A stretch of DNA of 57,819 nt, filler included, from Sphacelaria rigidula (GCA_964200075.2; 9 parts of 9 records of this genome joined end to end with filler, not necessarily neighbours in it), one strand, 5' to 3'; positions 1 through 13,160 are shown, counted from the whole stretch's first letter. Notes: generated from the letters alone by a model not told the origin. Made by a program: numbers and translations.

Positions 1-71
1 CGCTCCGACAATTGAACACACGACCCAACCGTCAGAAGGTTTCGAGGTTACCAACTGAGCCACAGGGGAGA
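1..71 (-). mobile_element. tRNA-derived SINE head or tRNA pseudogene, truncated by the window start
   Basis: Minus strand reads TCCCCTGTGGCTCAGTTGGTAACC...GGTCGTGTGTTCAATT, giving an A-box-like and a B-box-like motif at tRNA-like spacing. No intact cloverleaf. Confidence 0.5.
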
Positions 72-212
72 CACGCACTAATAATTGTGTAGTTATGAAA
101 AGAAATTTTGATTCGCCCCGGACATGCTGTCAACAGCAACTGTCGTTTCGAGGCTCCACGTCAAAACCATATTACACGCACGAGGAATAAAACCCACATT
201 ATTCAATCACAC

Positions 213-1405
213 CTGATGTACCCTCCCTGCTTGAGCACAACCGTCACACTAGCCTTTCTCGCAAAACCACCTCCTGCTGCCGTCCCCGCACCTCCTCCGC
301 CTCCTGCAGCGCCCCCAACAACCCCGTCAACCAACCCACCCAATACCCCACCGCCACTCCCATCACCCCCCGCTTCAACCGCCCGCATCGCCTTAGTCCA
401 GACCTCTCCCGCGGCAACGGCCACACCAGCGGCGGCGTCGGCGGAGGGCGCCACCAAAACGGGTGCGGCCTGCTCAGCCCAGCTTTCTCCCCGAATCGGC
501 GCGAATGCGGCACAACTGGTGACGGTTAGAGGACCGAAACCACCGCGAGGCGCGGGAAATGCCGCCACCGCGAGTGGCGATGGTGCGCCAGGTGACGTTG
601 TCGGGTATCGGAGATGGGTTGCGTCCTGACGTGGGCCAGGGGGGACGGAGAGCCAGGTTGATCAGCTGACAAATAAAATATCGAATGCGGGATATTGCGG
701 TTTGGCAATGGAAACAACAAACCCGGCTGGCATTGTCGTGGGAGGCCACATCTAATGTGATGGAAATAATGGTAGTGCCGTGCTTATCCCACGGCGGTTG
801 CTGCGAAGGCACTTGATCTCGCATTGGCTTTGCTTTGCTTTGCTCCGCGTGTGTACCACAACAACAAAAAAACGTTTCAAGCATGCTTCGCTGATCCTTA
901 GCCAACTTACGAGCTGGTCCAGCGCGGAAACGGGTTTGAACTCTCAAGGCGATATCGCATCGACACAGACGAGTTGGGCCGTGATCCGCATTTTGTATCA
1001 ACCCTCTAATCAAGGGGAAGGTGCCCATTCGCTCGAAAGTCTGGGCCATTTTCCCTCAAGGACTAAACGTCATGTCTAGTAATTCCTGTACCGTACGGAG
1101 ATGGCGTCCATACTAAAGTCCACATGGAACCCCGAACGACATACGGTAGACAGCGAACTATGATGATTCTTCGCTTCGACATTCCCTGGAGCACGGGGAA
1201 GCGATCGATACGCTCACCTTCGCCTGCTTCGTTATCTATGTCGAGATATGGCGCACACAAGATTCTACACTGAAAAATATATTACGAGCAGAGGCACCGA
1301 ATGCACCAAATCTCGTGCGCCTCATCTTTTGAGAGTTGTGCTTTGAAAATTCGTATGGAGAATCACTAGTGTATCATGGGGGGGGGGGGGGGGGGGGGGA
1401 GGGGG

Positions 1406-1458
<53 letters not shown>

Positions 1459-4400
1459 CAAAAGTTTTTTANNNNNNNNNNAATATTAAATAAAGTCGTA
1501 AATAGTAGATAAAAATAGAAGAAAAACAGAATGGGTGGGGGTGGAGGGAAGAGTTCTGAGCCTTTTTCGTTTATTCTTTCATTTTTTTATTTTCTCCATT
1601 TTTTTCGTATCGTCAAACGAGTTTCAAGTAAATATATGGACATTGTTCTTGGACCTTTTCCGTCTTTCAGCTCAATTCTCCGAGTCGTGATTTAAACTTA
1701 GGCCGTGTCTTATAAATTGTTTTTCGACCGGAAAACATGCGGTCGAATCGGTTCGGTCGCTACGAGGCCGTATCAGATACATCCACGGCATTTATTTTCT
1801 CAGATTGCTTCACGTCCATTTTATAATTAGTTGCGCGCGACGGGCAAGGTCAACAACAGAAAAGCTCAGCTTTTTGGAGCGAAATGAGGGGCGGAATGAA
1901 CGAAGGGGCACGTAACTCCCATGTTGCAGACAACCGTGCCAGATACCACTATTTAACAGAACTACGCAAAACCCGAATGCTTCATTTGCAGCTACCTACT
2001 CAACCCTACGGCATAGATCACGAACTCAGCACAGGGATACATACACTGCAGTGATAGGAACCCGACACCACTCTTTTGGTGTGATGTGCTTTTTTTTTTT
2101 ACTCGAAGTGCCAATGCGTTCATGGACAGTAGACGCGGTGCGAAACTGCACGTGGTTCAAATCTGCTTCGCATCCTCCTGTAGGGAGAGAGTCAGAAAGC
2201 TGTGTTGTCTGTATGTCGCGTTGCCCGCTTATTTCCCACATCGTGCCTGCATGCTGTGCGAAACACAAACACTATCTAGACAGTACAGGGAGTCACTGCT
2301 GTACAGTCTGTACTGTCTGTTGAATATGAGTAAAGAACTACCACTTCACGAATTTCGCCTAGCCTTTTCGATTCAAAGCATGCAAATTCGCTCGGACCCA
2401 AACATAGCAAAACGAACTGAATCAGTTCCGCCGCACGGACTTGTTAGAGTCGAAAACAAATTGATGAGATACGGTCTTAGCACGGAGAACCACCGAGGTA
2501 TGCTGAAGAAAGAAAAATGTTGGGCCCTCCTTGTACCTCGCATCCCTACGAAGCCTGGACGGAGCATGCCGGGTTTTTGTCGGACCAGGCTCATAATCTA
2601 TCACGAAGCGCGAAGCACTGTGATGTGTTCCGTGAGGCGCATGGAGAGTGAGCTGCATCATGCAAGAGTTAGTCGTTTTCGAGAAAAAACGGTCCTTACT
2701 ATACTAAAGCGTCCTAAACCGGTGAAGAATAATACTATACTAAAGCGTCCTGAACCAGTGGAGAAGAGGAAAAAAAAACTGACCCCTTTTTTTTGTTCAT
2801 TATACCAGCGCGAGGTCCCACACGACATTTCATAACACAAGTACCAAACTTGGGCCTGTAAGTGGCCTGCAAAACACTGTACCGAATTTCGACCGGCCCG
2901 GTTTCTAAAGGCCCCGCCTCACCATAATTTTGAGAGTTGTACCACAGAATTTGGTATGGAGAATGAACATGACATAATAATAATAAAGTTACCGGCGGAC
3001 CCAAAGTTTGTGTTTTCCTTCATGGGCTAAGGGCAATAATCAGTTCTCACTCTTCAGCAAAATGTCGTAAACTCGTGCAAAAAAAAAACTTTGGGTCCGA
3101 AGATATTTTTTTGGCCGTGTCCTATGCATTATCCATACCACATTTGAAGGTCCAACTCTCAAAATTGATGTGAGGCGGGGCATGCAAACTACAAATCCGC
3201 TGCTAGATTGGGCCAGCTCGTACTCGTTTTAAAAAAAAAAAAAGCGAATGAAACCTTTCCCATAAAATGAGCTGTTCATTACACGAGAAGTCACACCACG
3301 CACACGGCGCAAAATAATGGTTCTTCTCCCCCATAACCATACACACGAACACGCGCACACACCTCCATCACGGTCCCAGTGCCCCGCCTCTGGGACATCG
3401 CAACTGCCAGCAAGCTCGCCACATCACTCAAGCAGTCCTTGCAAACAGACGTCCCCGGTCTGGCCGCCTCATCGTTTTCCCCCCAGCCGCCGACAGTACT
3501 CCTCCGTCCACCCACAAACCTAACACTGGCGCCGACGCTGCTCATCCTTCCCGTGCTGTTGGTCGCGGCGAAGTTGACGGTGCTCCGGCGGCCGCCCAGC
3601 GTCCCCATACTACTTTTGCGGCCGAACAGCGGACCACTATATGGTATCCCGCTGTTCCCCGTGGAACCACCGTCACCGCTGCCGAACCTCTCTAACGCCG
3701 GCCCTTCCAAAAATTTAGTGACCAAGCTGCTTACGCCCTTGCTCCCGACCCCGTCGCCGCTTCCTCCTTGACCCAGCGCGCTCCTTTTCGCAGCCGCCCG
3801 CGACGACTGCTGCTTCTGCTTCCGCTTAAGCTGTCCCACTCCCCTCCTTTCAGACCAATCCGCACCATCGCCTTGACTGTCTGGATCCTCCGGCTCCGCG
3901 GGAAAGACATCAACCAGGGTGGTCGCCGAGTGCGCCCCGCTCGCCTCCCATCCCCCGCCGACGGCCCCCGCGACTGACTTCCTGGAAGATGACGCTCTAG
4001 ATAGACCGCCACCACCACCCCGTGCCCCGCCGCCTGCAGCAGCAGCAGCGGATCTATCCGCGGCGTCGACCGCCGCAAAGACCGCTTGGGCCCGATCCGA
4101 TCCACTGGCGGATCTGCTGAGCCGCGACACGTTGCCCGGGGTACCCCGCGGTGGCAGCGGCGGGCGCTTGGAGAGGGTTTGTCGGCGGACAACGAACGAG
4201 CGCATCGCGCTCTGAAGTAGTCGTGCGGCACTGTCCACCTGGTTTTTCAAAATAAAATAGGGCATTTTCGTTGAAAATGAAAAAAGAAAAAAGGTGAAGG
4301 TAAAAAATTCTGAAGAGATTGATAATAAAAAAAAGAGAGAGGGAACAACGGATACTCAAGTGAAACGACAAGTGACGCACAAAAACAACAGAGGGTTCAG

Positions 4401-4665
4401 AACGGAAATTATGATGCTCAAGATCTCGGAGAAGTATGCGGGTACAGGATGAGGAAGTGCATCCGAAGTGGCCAGCCGGAACCTGTAGACTGCTGGAAGT
4501 CTGCCTGCTGAGAGGACAGAACGGCCACACGTGTAAAAACAAAACTGAACTGCTTAGAAGAAAAAAAAAAAGGAAATAAAATCACCGCCTCACCTTTTTT
4601 TTGTGGATAGAGACGTACAGTTGCTGGTCAATTCGGATCTTGAGGCGGATGCTGCGCGACGGTCT
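213..4665 (-). CDS. Partial multi-exon gene for a low-complexity IQ-motif protein (exons 4665-4594, 4238-3363, 625-213; other exons uncertain)
   Basis: AG/GT-bounded exons in compatible phase: RPSRSIRLKIRIDQQLYVSIHKKK|VDSAARLLQSAMRSFVVRR... (IQ-like) and DATHLRYPTTSPGAP.... A second IQ-like string (ALRVQTRFRAGPARK) lies near 905-950. Confidence 0.6.
2911..3181. repeat. Inverted-repeat (MITE-like) element; related arm near 1318-1365
   Basis: 2911-2974 (CCCCGCCTCAC..AATTTTGAGAGTTG..TGGTATGGAGAATG) is the approximate reverse complement of 3118-3181. Inner pair GGACCCAAAGTTT/AAACTTTGGGTCC. Confidence 0.6.
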
Positions 4666-6336
4666 CTGTAAGTCAGCAAACGGGAAACATAAGACACAGG
4701 CAATGCACAACGACAACGGCCCCAGCACACGAACATCGACGTCGAGCCATCAACTCGCTCGGTGAACACACATCTCGTTCTTCTCGAGGTATTGTGCAAC
4801 CAGTTTTCACGGGTATTTGGACTCGAAGATTTGGTACGTGCAAATACCACGGTATGAAACCCCCCTGGAGACTGAACAGATGTTGCCTCTTCGACGGCGG
4901 AGGAAGCGTACACATGGAGTCACCATCCAGTGAGTGACGTATATTACGCTATTGCGAACGTGCATGACTTGATTCAAAGATACGGACGCTCACGCAGCGA
5001 AGATCAGGACGTGTTCGCGCTCACAAGGGTCAACCCGCCGTCCCGGGCATGCGGTATCCTCCTCATTTACAGCGTGAACAAGCACCAGTGTTGACTCGCT
5101 GCCCCTACAGGTGCCGCGGTAGAGGTTCACAAAACATTCGTCAGATTTGAGATTAGGAGTTTATTTATTTCACCGAAAGAACGACCCATAAAGTATGTGA
5201 GGGCAGACCACCACCACCATTTCAATGGGCCAGAGATAACTCGAAGGAATTTTAAAACAGGACTGTCCTTACCCATATTCTTGTGTGGCTCCCAACTCAG
5301 GGGTCTCTTAATGAGAAACATCTGGGCCCATATGTGCATTCCATGCAGTGTCATGAACCCCCCCCCCGCCCCCCCCCCCCCGTGAGTACGCCCCCCCCCC
5401 CGAGGGCAAAACCCATGCCGCAATAGGAACACTCCGCCTCCACAGATAGTCGCCGATACAGCACGTATCAATACCCGGACCCCCCTCAAACAATATCGTT
5501 TCGACTGTTCCGAGCTCCGGTTCTTGAAGGGTTCAAATTACTCACGGGTGAGCGTGGATCCTCCATCAACATGTGACATAAAAAACAAACCACCGAGTTT
5601 ATCGGCCACTGCCCAAGTATCCCCGCAAGATTTGAACGATTTACGCCCGCTGCTCGTCACAAAAAGGATACTAGTTGCCCATCGTTGCCCTTCCGGGGCG
5701 CGGAGGGGAAGGTGGCGTCTGGCACCCCTACATCCACGGTACTTTTTTTCTTGTCATGCTGTCAACCTATCTTGGTCCGTGGTCTCCAACGATCAACTCG
5801 TCTTTCCCCCGGTACTTGTCTCGCACAAAATTGCTGAGCATTGGATCTGCGCTCTTCCCCAGTCAGCCGACAATGATCGGTCTCCACGTACGTATTGTTC
5901 TGTCAACCCACGATAGTTCTCACGTATCCGGACCAAGCAAGGTAAAAGGCGGAACAACGAGACACAATGATACATAGTCATATATATATATATATATAGT
6001 GCGGTTCTGCGCAAGACCTTGTAGGGTGAAGCCGTGTCGCAGAGACAGGCGATTTCGTTCTGGGCTTTCTTTTCGTTTTATTTATTTTTTCCTGCTGTTT
6101 CATTTTTTGTACGTCCTAGTCTACTATGCCGTTCTGTTCGACTTTTTTTTGTGTCTCTTCTTTTTCTTTAGCGAGTATTTCAGTCTTCTTGTGTCTTGGG
6201 TACGTACGTCCATCATGCGACCACGGCTGGATCCCTGGGGGGTCACTTAAAGTGCGACAAATAAATCAAATCATATACTTCCTCTGTCCCACAAGTCTGT
6301 ATCGTTATGTTTGTACGAGCCCTTAACGATGTCCGA

Positions 6337-6436
6337 NNNNNNNNNNNNNNNNNNNNNNNNNNNNNNNNNNNNNNNNNNNNTTAATTAATTAANNNNNNNN
6401 NNNNNNNNNNNNNNNNNNNNNNNNNNNNNNNNNNNN
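6337..6436. other. Artificial contig linker N44-TTAATTAATTAA-N44 (also 12773-12872, 19209-19308, 25645-25744, 32080-32179, 38515-38614, 44950-45049, 51385-51484)
   Basis: Identical 100-bp spacer with stops in all six frames. The intervening segments are all 6336 or 6335 bp. Confidence 0.98.
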
Positions 6437-6573
6437 ATTGGCTAGAACGAACCCAAGCGTGGAAATTCCCAGCTTCTCATTGTGCTCGGCTTTTCCCATT
6501 TCGATTCACGTGAAGATTTGCACTCCCAAAACCATGCACTTTTGGGGGGGGGGGGCTATCGTAGAAAGTGTCT
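6437..6573. mobile_element. Truncated copy of the MITE seen intact at 45135-45390
   Basis: Ends in GGGGGGGCTATCGTAGAAAGTGTCT. Internal sequence matches the reverse complement of 45135-45272. Confidence 0.75.
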
Positions 6574-6574
6574 C

Positions 6575-7490
6575 ATCTGGGTTTCACATCCATCTAGCGG
6601 TCATTTTTTACATGGGTATCAACCTGGGATGGGCATCTGCGGCACCGATTTGCATCTGGGATGTGCATTTAGGATGAATGCTGGGATATCTATCTGCGAC
6701 ATGGCTGCCCACCTGGCGTGTGTACTGCGGTATGGATGTCTATTTGTCATGCCCATCTGGCCTGTCCGTCTAGGATATCCACCCGGGATATCCTATCTAG
6801 GGTGTTCATGTGGTTAATGTGGGATAAGGGTAGCCTTCAAAGACGTCCATCTAGGACGTGGTGTCCTACCTGAAGCAGCACAGTCACCAGTTGGTCTTGT
6901 TGGCATTCTTTTTCTGGATTCAGGTTCCCGCGAATAAATCAACCCGACCCCAAACCTCAACCGTGATACATCCCCCGACCCGAAGCCGTCGCCACAACTT
7001 GTGGGCTGGTGAGCACATATCTAGGTTAGCGTTCGCTGGTAGAGCGCAGTGGAGTGTGCGTTGGAAGGGTAAATATTTACGCTAGCGTGCGCTGGTAGAT
7101 CACAGTATCGAGTGCGCTGGTGCGGTGTACATCTTGGTTCGCATGGGTAGATATAACTAAGCGGACATGTTATATTCCAGGCGAGTTCAGGTCCCAGATG
7201 AACGTTCCAGGTGCATGTCGATTTCGTTGAGGGAACTCCCTGATGGATACCTCGGACGGACTTGAGATCCCAGATGGATATCTCAGATGGACATCCACGT
7301 CCCACATGGAGATCGCAGCGTTTATCCCAGATGGGCATCCACGTCCCAGATGAATATCCCAGACATTTATCCCAGAAGAATGTGTACGTCCCAGATGGAA
7401 CCCAAGACGTTTATACCAGATAGACCCGAGACTAATATCCCATATGAGTGTCCATATCCTGAACAGAGCTTGCACGGTGCAAGATCCTAC
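6575..7490. repeat. Foldback-like element with oppositely oriented motif arrays
   Basis: Many CATCTGG/CATCTAG motifs at 6575-6860 and the complementary CCCAGATG motifs at 7190-7460. Confidence 0.6.
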
Positions 7491-7748
7491 ATGAATGTGT
7501 ATACACTATATTCTTATTCACACTTTTGAACATCCCCCTTCCTCGGGACGAGCCCATGGTGTCAAGGGATCAGTTCATCTCTCCCCCCGTACACGCCTTA
7601 CATTTTCGAATCTCAGATTGGATCAGCACTACCGCACTGCGCCTACTCTCTTCAAACGAACTCAATCGAACAAACTATCCTTGCTACTCACGTCTTCACG
7701 CTTTTAGCGATGGAAAACAGATACGTCGCAAAACAAATCCAAATTACT

Positions 7749-8165
7749 GTGTCACGCTACGATCGGGGGTGGGTGGGTGGGTGGGGAGAGAGGCGTAATT
7801 TGGGGCCCTTTTCTTCCACGAAATTCCACTTCAAACCGTCATTAGAAGCAGCAAGGTTTGTTCGAACGCGCTCCTTTCCGAGCAATACCGCTCATCTATA
7901 CTGCTCGACACCGTCTTTACCCAAACACAAGGTCACCGCCAGTGTGTAAGGTCGTCTGGCACACCTACGAGCCCTCTATGTCGTGGAATTCTCTCATCCC
8001 CCCCCCCCACTCAACAATACACCCCTCAGTACACTTCCTCGTGGAACCACATACCCTCTTTACCCAAACACAAGTTCCCCGCCCGTGTGTAAGGTCGTCT
8101 GCCACACCCACGGGCCCTCTATGTCGTGGAATCCCCCCCCCCCCCCCCAAATTGTAGCATGACTC
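7749..8165. mobile_element. MITE of the GAGTCATGCTACGATAG-TIR family, with an internal duplication
   Basis: Termini GTGTCACGCTACGATCGGGG / CCCC..TTGTAGCATGACTC. Internal TTTTCTTCCACGAAATTCCACTTCAA is shared with 29913-30160. Confidence 0.65.
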
Positions 8166-8367
8166 CTGGACGCATCCGCTGAGAATCAAATCCACGTTTT
8201 TCCCGATCTACTTGTGACAGTCGTACCATCAGCCCACCAGGGCGCGGAGGCAGCGGACTAATACGAGGGTCAAAAACATGCTTGTTTGCGAAATACCCAA
8301 AATACGGCCGGGCATCTATTCTTTTTACTGAACTGTTGTATACTATTCGTTGTAATCACTGACTCAC

Positions 8368-11295
8368 TCTGTATCATGCAAAAGGCTGTCTCCGCTTTCC
8401 CATATGAGTTTGTCGCTGATGGCCCGAACGTAAGGACTGCCGACACGCCCCAAGCCCAAAGGTGGTTCCACAGCATGCTGAAATAGGGTCGCAGCAGGAG
8501 ACGGACAAAGAAACAAGTCGTGGTTCCACGGAAGCCCTTCACTGGCCAAGTGCAAAGGAAACTCACACGATCCGACCAGGATAACTACCACCAACTTCCA
8601 CGATTTGTGACGGTTTGCACTACCGCATGCCCTTGTTCCACCTCAATTTAAGACGCACATGGTGATAGGTGGGCATACACAAGAAACACAGCGTCCTGTT
8701 TGCAGTGGTCTTGCGTCAGCAAACTCTGTCTATAACTTCAAGACGGAGAACAGGTGCTACATATTTCACCACGTGTCCGTTGGTAGCCCTCGGCAACGTC
8801 AACTCTAACCTTACATTCAATATGGCACAAGACAAAAAGTTGATGAAAGAAACTGTGCTTCTCTCACCGTTTACTACCGTCGAAAGTTCCACTTTTTGAA
8901 GCTACCGCGTGAAGGGACTGCGATATCAAGACCGTCCACTGGATTAACGCGATCTGCGAAACAAAACAAAAGCACAGGCAGAAACTTAGTGGTTATCGAC
9001 ATTCCAGGACAGGGTGGAAATTTTATCTCAATGAACTCGAAAACATGAAGACATTGATATCTGTGAATTGCGCTGAATTAAATACACGCTCAATTAGCAG
9101 TGGTGCCCGCAATTACGTTACGCTCACTGTTGGAAAAATATATGGCGCCTCCTACAGAGTCACGTTGCCCATTGACCCATGCGCGGAGTTTTCAACACGA
9201 ACAGCGAAAAAAAGGACCGTTTCCAGCTTTGGTATGAATCCCTATTATTGGTGGGGGTAACATTACAGCATTCAACCAGCTTATTCCAGCCGCATTATTA
9301 GTTTTGTCTATCAATTTCGACCGCTTACCGCCAATCAGCTCATCGGGGCGTGAGGGAAAACGGTTGGCTATTTTTCCTGTTGCACCGGGATGTGAGGAAT
9401 GCATCGTACCGATGACCCTCTCTGCTGCTGTAAAGCATGCTCTTGGGCGGGAGCGTGACATCTTCTTCACTTCCGACTCCACCGAGGGTAGATGGCATGA
9501 CGCATAACGCGGACAGTTCGTTCGAAAATCTAAAGAATAAAAAGAAGGGCTAGAGGGGCACGGAACTCCTTCTCTGACGACTATATGTCCTTCCGACAAG
9601 CTGTAATGATTGCACATAAGACGCGTGTATACCTGGTGCTCTCACGGAAGTACATACCTGAAAGAATTGCACCAGAACAGCCTGGGTATAGCATCCTGCT
9701 GATCCGTCATGAGGTGTTCCCATGAAGAAACTCAGGTCCACGAAGATGTCGCAGACTGCGAACCATACCACCAACTGCAGTACATTTGAAAACGTTCGAC
9801 ACTTGGTGTCAAACGACTGTTTCATAACTGGTCAGTTTCATAATAATGTTGATGGAGTTGAATAACGAGCGCCATGTGAATGTTGAAAAAAGATGTTGAT
9901 GCTGTAACGACGTCATCATCTTTTGCCACATCAATACATACATCTTGAACATGATCTGAGGGTGGGCTACATCACTACAACATTGTCGGTTAGCGCCACT
10001 GGATCTGAGGGTGGGCTCACGATAGATATCGAAATTCCCTCACATGCAGTTGGTGTTGTTGGGCGTCGTGAGACTTTCACATCTTGAGCCCAACAAGCAC
10101 TGTCCAGCTTTGGCTGATCCCTCAGGGATCAAATTGTGGTCACATGGTGGACGTACCCGAGACAAGACAAAAATGTGCCGAAAAAATTCGACATACGCCA
10201 ATGATTGAAGTTTGTAACACAGCGAATCGACGCAGTAGTATTCTAACGTGATAATTCCGAATTAGACGATGTCAGGATGATTGCCAGGATCCTATTCTTT
10301 GTAGAAATACGGAAGAAACACTGAGCGCATCCCGTGGCACGCCCCTGAAGCAGCAGCACTTTCTCCGCGAAGCTGGCTTCCGAATACTTTTCAATCGGTG
10401 ACACGTTTGAATGTGCATCATGCAACAGGCGGGCACGCTCGAAACGGGAAGGCAGATTTCTGTGTCACTCACCTGGAAGGAATATGTCCTCAGCTGGTGC
10501 CACCAGTGATGCAACGTTGCACGGACGAGCATGGCACATGCGGGGGTGTAGGAACAAGATGCAAACAGGAAGGCGGAGGTGGAGTCATTGGCGAGGCGTG
10601 TAATTTGAAAGTTTTGACGATTGAAAAAAAAACTCTTCGGGTGGAGATGGAGTTGTAACTGTAACATGTAACATAGAGATCATCTGGAGGTCATGCTCAG
10701 AGAGAGAGAGAGAGAGAGCACCTGCTTACTCGCCTTGATGGAATTCAAAACAAGAATTTGACGGCAACAACGTCGCCCTCATCGAGGTATTTTTTGCAAA
10801 CACACAAAAAAAGTCTCCACCCGGCAACATTAGACCCGACCACCGTGTGGGGCAAATACAACACCTTATCTTCTAATGCTCAGGAACAGCCTCCTTGTTC
10901 ATGAGTCCGATACGCTATATCAAGGGTCCCCTACCTTCCCCTCCGTTTGGGTTCGGTAAATATCGATCAAGTTATTCCTTCAGTCGGGTTTGTATAACGA
11001 CAATATCTACAGATGGCCAAAACCTAACGCTGCTCGTGGTGAGGGCTGGGTAGGCATCGGTGTGTCGATACGAAAAAGACATGATGAAGTGCTGCAACAA
11101 TTTCCAACGTCTGGTCTGGTATGGTCTAATACACACCAGTAACACCACATATGCCCACACCTGCTTGAACCTGAAATTAGCGGAGACGATGATGATAGAG
11201 CTGATGAAGGATAACGCGGCCGCTGCTTGTGTTGCCATGACAATGGTTCGCTGCTGCCCATGAGAAAACCCTCCCATCACAATATCGCCCTCCAT
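8368..11295 (-). CDS. GCR1/cAMP-receptor-like 7TM GPCR, 5' part (exons 11295-11161, 10493-10473, 9774-9658, 8953-8868, 8477-8368)
   Basis: Phase-consistent splicing gives ..AAALSFISSIIIVSANFRFKQ|LRTYSFQ|LVVWFAVCDIFVDLSFFMGTPHDGSAGCYTQAVLVQFFQ|IALIQWTVLISQSLH..SKR|MLWNHLWAWGVSAVLT..AFCMIQ. This follows TM1-TM4 of the GCR1/Dicty_CAR family, including the Cys before TM3 and the loop-2 Cys. Confidence 0.85.
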
Positions 11296-12344
11296 CTTTG
11301 GCTCCACCCCCCACGCCCTAGCGGTGGCCAGCCACGTCCGACTATGATCGTGGTCTCGGCTTCACCCGCCGTGTTCTTGTCTTCATACGGCAGCCTTTCA
11401 CGCAAGGTTCCAAGCTTCGCACGTATATGGTGGTGCTACGCGCCCCGCTTGATCGCCTAGGAGAAGTTTAAACCAAAGTAACGGTTCTACGACCAAGTAC
11501 CACTAAAAAGGTTTCGAGTACTGTTGCCAAAGTGACGTATCGACCATACTCAGGTACGGCCACCATCTTTGTGGCGCGTCCCATATCACCGCATCAGAAA
11601 ACCATACTTCGTTACATGTACTGGTCATGCAACTCAACAGGCGAGGTCGCCACAGCTAGGTCGGCACATCTGTCCCCGCAGGCAGGGCGGCAGGAAAAGA
11701 TCCCTACCGGTCCGCGACCGCTGCTTATTTCTCTCCCATACACCGTCGATGGCGATTGAAAACATGGACCCAAGAACGATATCCTCACCCGCTTTCCCGC
11801 ACAAAACTATGCATTTTCTGCCGAACGAGGACGAAACAAGTTACCATGATGAATCAAATGTTGAGAGCTGTTGCGTCCATGGTTTTAATCGTCTTCAGGT
11901 AGAAAGGGCAATGGGTGTCATATCCGCACGATTAAGGAGGGTGTTATCCATCATCATTTCCTTAGCGGTGAAACCAAGGGGCACTTGCGCGTACGTACGC
12001 GATTATCGTACACTCAGGTCGGCAACTACCGACGAGAAGACGCGCAGTATGCACCCTTTCTAGCGATGTCGGTGCCTCCAAGATAGTCGAGATTTCTCCC
12101 TGTGCCCGTAGCAGTGGACTTATTACGAACAAGGCATGTTCACACACATGTATGTATGTTGCCTGAGGATCCGCCCCCTTTCCCTCCCACGCCCCACCAT
12201 GCTCAACACGGCAAGAGTTCATCGCACATGAACAAAGATTTGCACGCTACAAAGTACTAACTCGGAATTTCCAAGCAACGCAACATCTCGTGGACGTTAT
12301 AGGGTGTCGGAGTTGTCTTGGGGAAATATCAATACCCGCTCTAG

Positions 12345-12772
12345 TGTCGTTGTACCGTGCATCGCGCTTGTTTTTTTCATAATGATATATGTATATACAA
12401 GGGCTTCGGACGCGGGGGCCTATGGCCCCCTCGTCCTTCGGTGTACTGTGGTGTCATGACGTTTAGACTTGTGAGAAATGTTACCAAGAGTGACGGTGAT
12501 GTTGGAAAGAAGGAGGACAGACTTCGCAGGAGGCCCCCGCGTCCTTTGGTGTACTGCAGTCTCATGACGTTGAGACTGGTGAGAAATGTTGCGAAAAGTG
12601 ACGGTGATGTTGGAAAGAAGGAAAGATTTGGTGGGAGAAGTTTGTGGCGTGTAGATGAACACCTGTCGTATAAACGGGTGCAACGTTGTTGCAGTTGCTT
12701 GAAAGCTGCACGAAATAGCGCACGAGAGAGCGACGATCGAAAGCCGTTCAATTAAAATCTTGAAAGTCTTCA
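12345..12772. repeat. Probable LTR fragment with a ~108-bp internal tandem duplication
   Basis: 12424-12515 is repeated at 12532-12622. The segment ends in ...TTGAAAGTCTTCA, resembling the LTR end at 35567 in reverse. Confidence 0.4.
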
Positions 12773-12872
12773 NNNNNNNNNNNNNNNNNNNNNNNNNNNN
12801 NNNNNNNNNNNNNNNNTTAATTAATTAANNNNNNNNNNNNNNNNNNNNNNNNNNNNNNNNNNNNNNNNNNNN

Positions 12873-13160
12873 GGGGGGGGGGGGGGGCGGGGGGGGGGCG
12901 TACTCATTTCTTGCTTGCCTCAGTCGTTTGACCATTGACCACGCACCCCTTCCGACACGGAGCACCGTTCCTACTCCTGATAGAGACACCCCCAACATTC
13001 TGCCGCTCATTACGTTTCTTCCATACATTACGCAAAAACCTTGTACATACCCTATCCCCGTCCTGTTTCGCCGTCTGTGGCCATCATCTATCTCCTCATA
13101 AAGCTATCGTTCTCTCGCTCATGTTTAATGCATCAAACGATTCCATGCCACCTTTGTTCA
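12873..13160 (-). mobile_element. 3' end of the oligo(C)-tailed LINE
   Basis: Reverse complement matches the end of the contig-9 LINE (about 57590-57819) and continues ..GCAAGAAATGAGTACG into a C-run. Confidence 0.85.

Noticed and set aside
1378..1620. G-run and long T-run as a retroposon tail
   Set aside because: Abuts an N gap and low-quality-looking sequence; not interpretable.
2086..2835. 249-aa ORF as a gene
   Set aside because: Runs through a SINE-like copy and a short duplication, lies antisense within the IQ-gene intron, and has no recognisable domain.
6381..6392. TTAATTAATTAA recurring every ~6.4 kb as a biological periodic repeat
   Set aside because: Always centred in identical N padding; it is an assembly linker.
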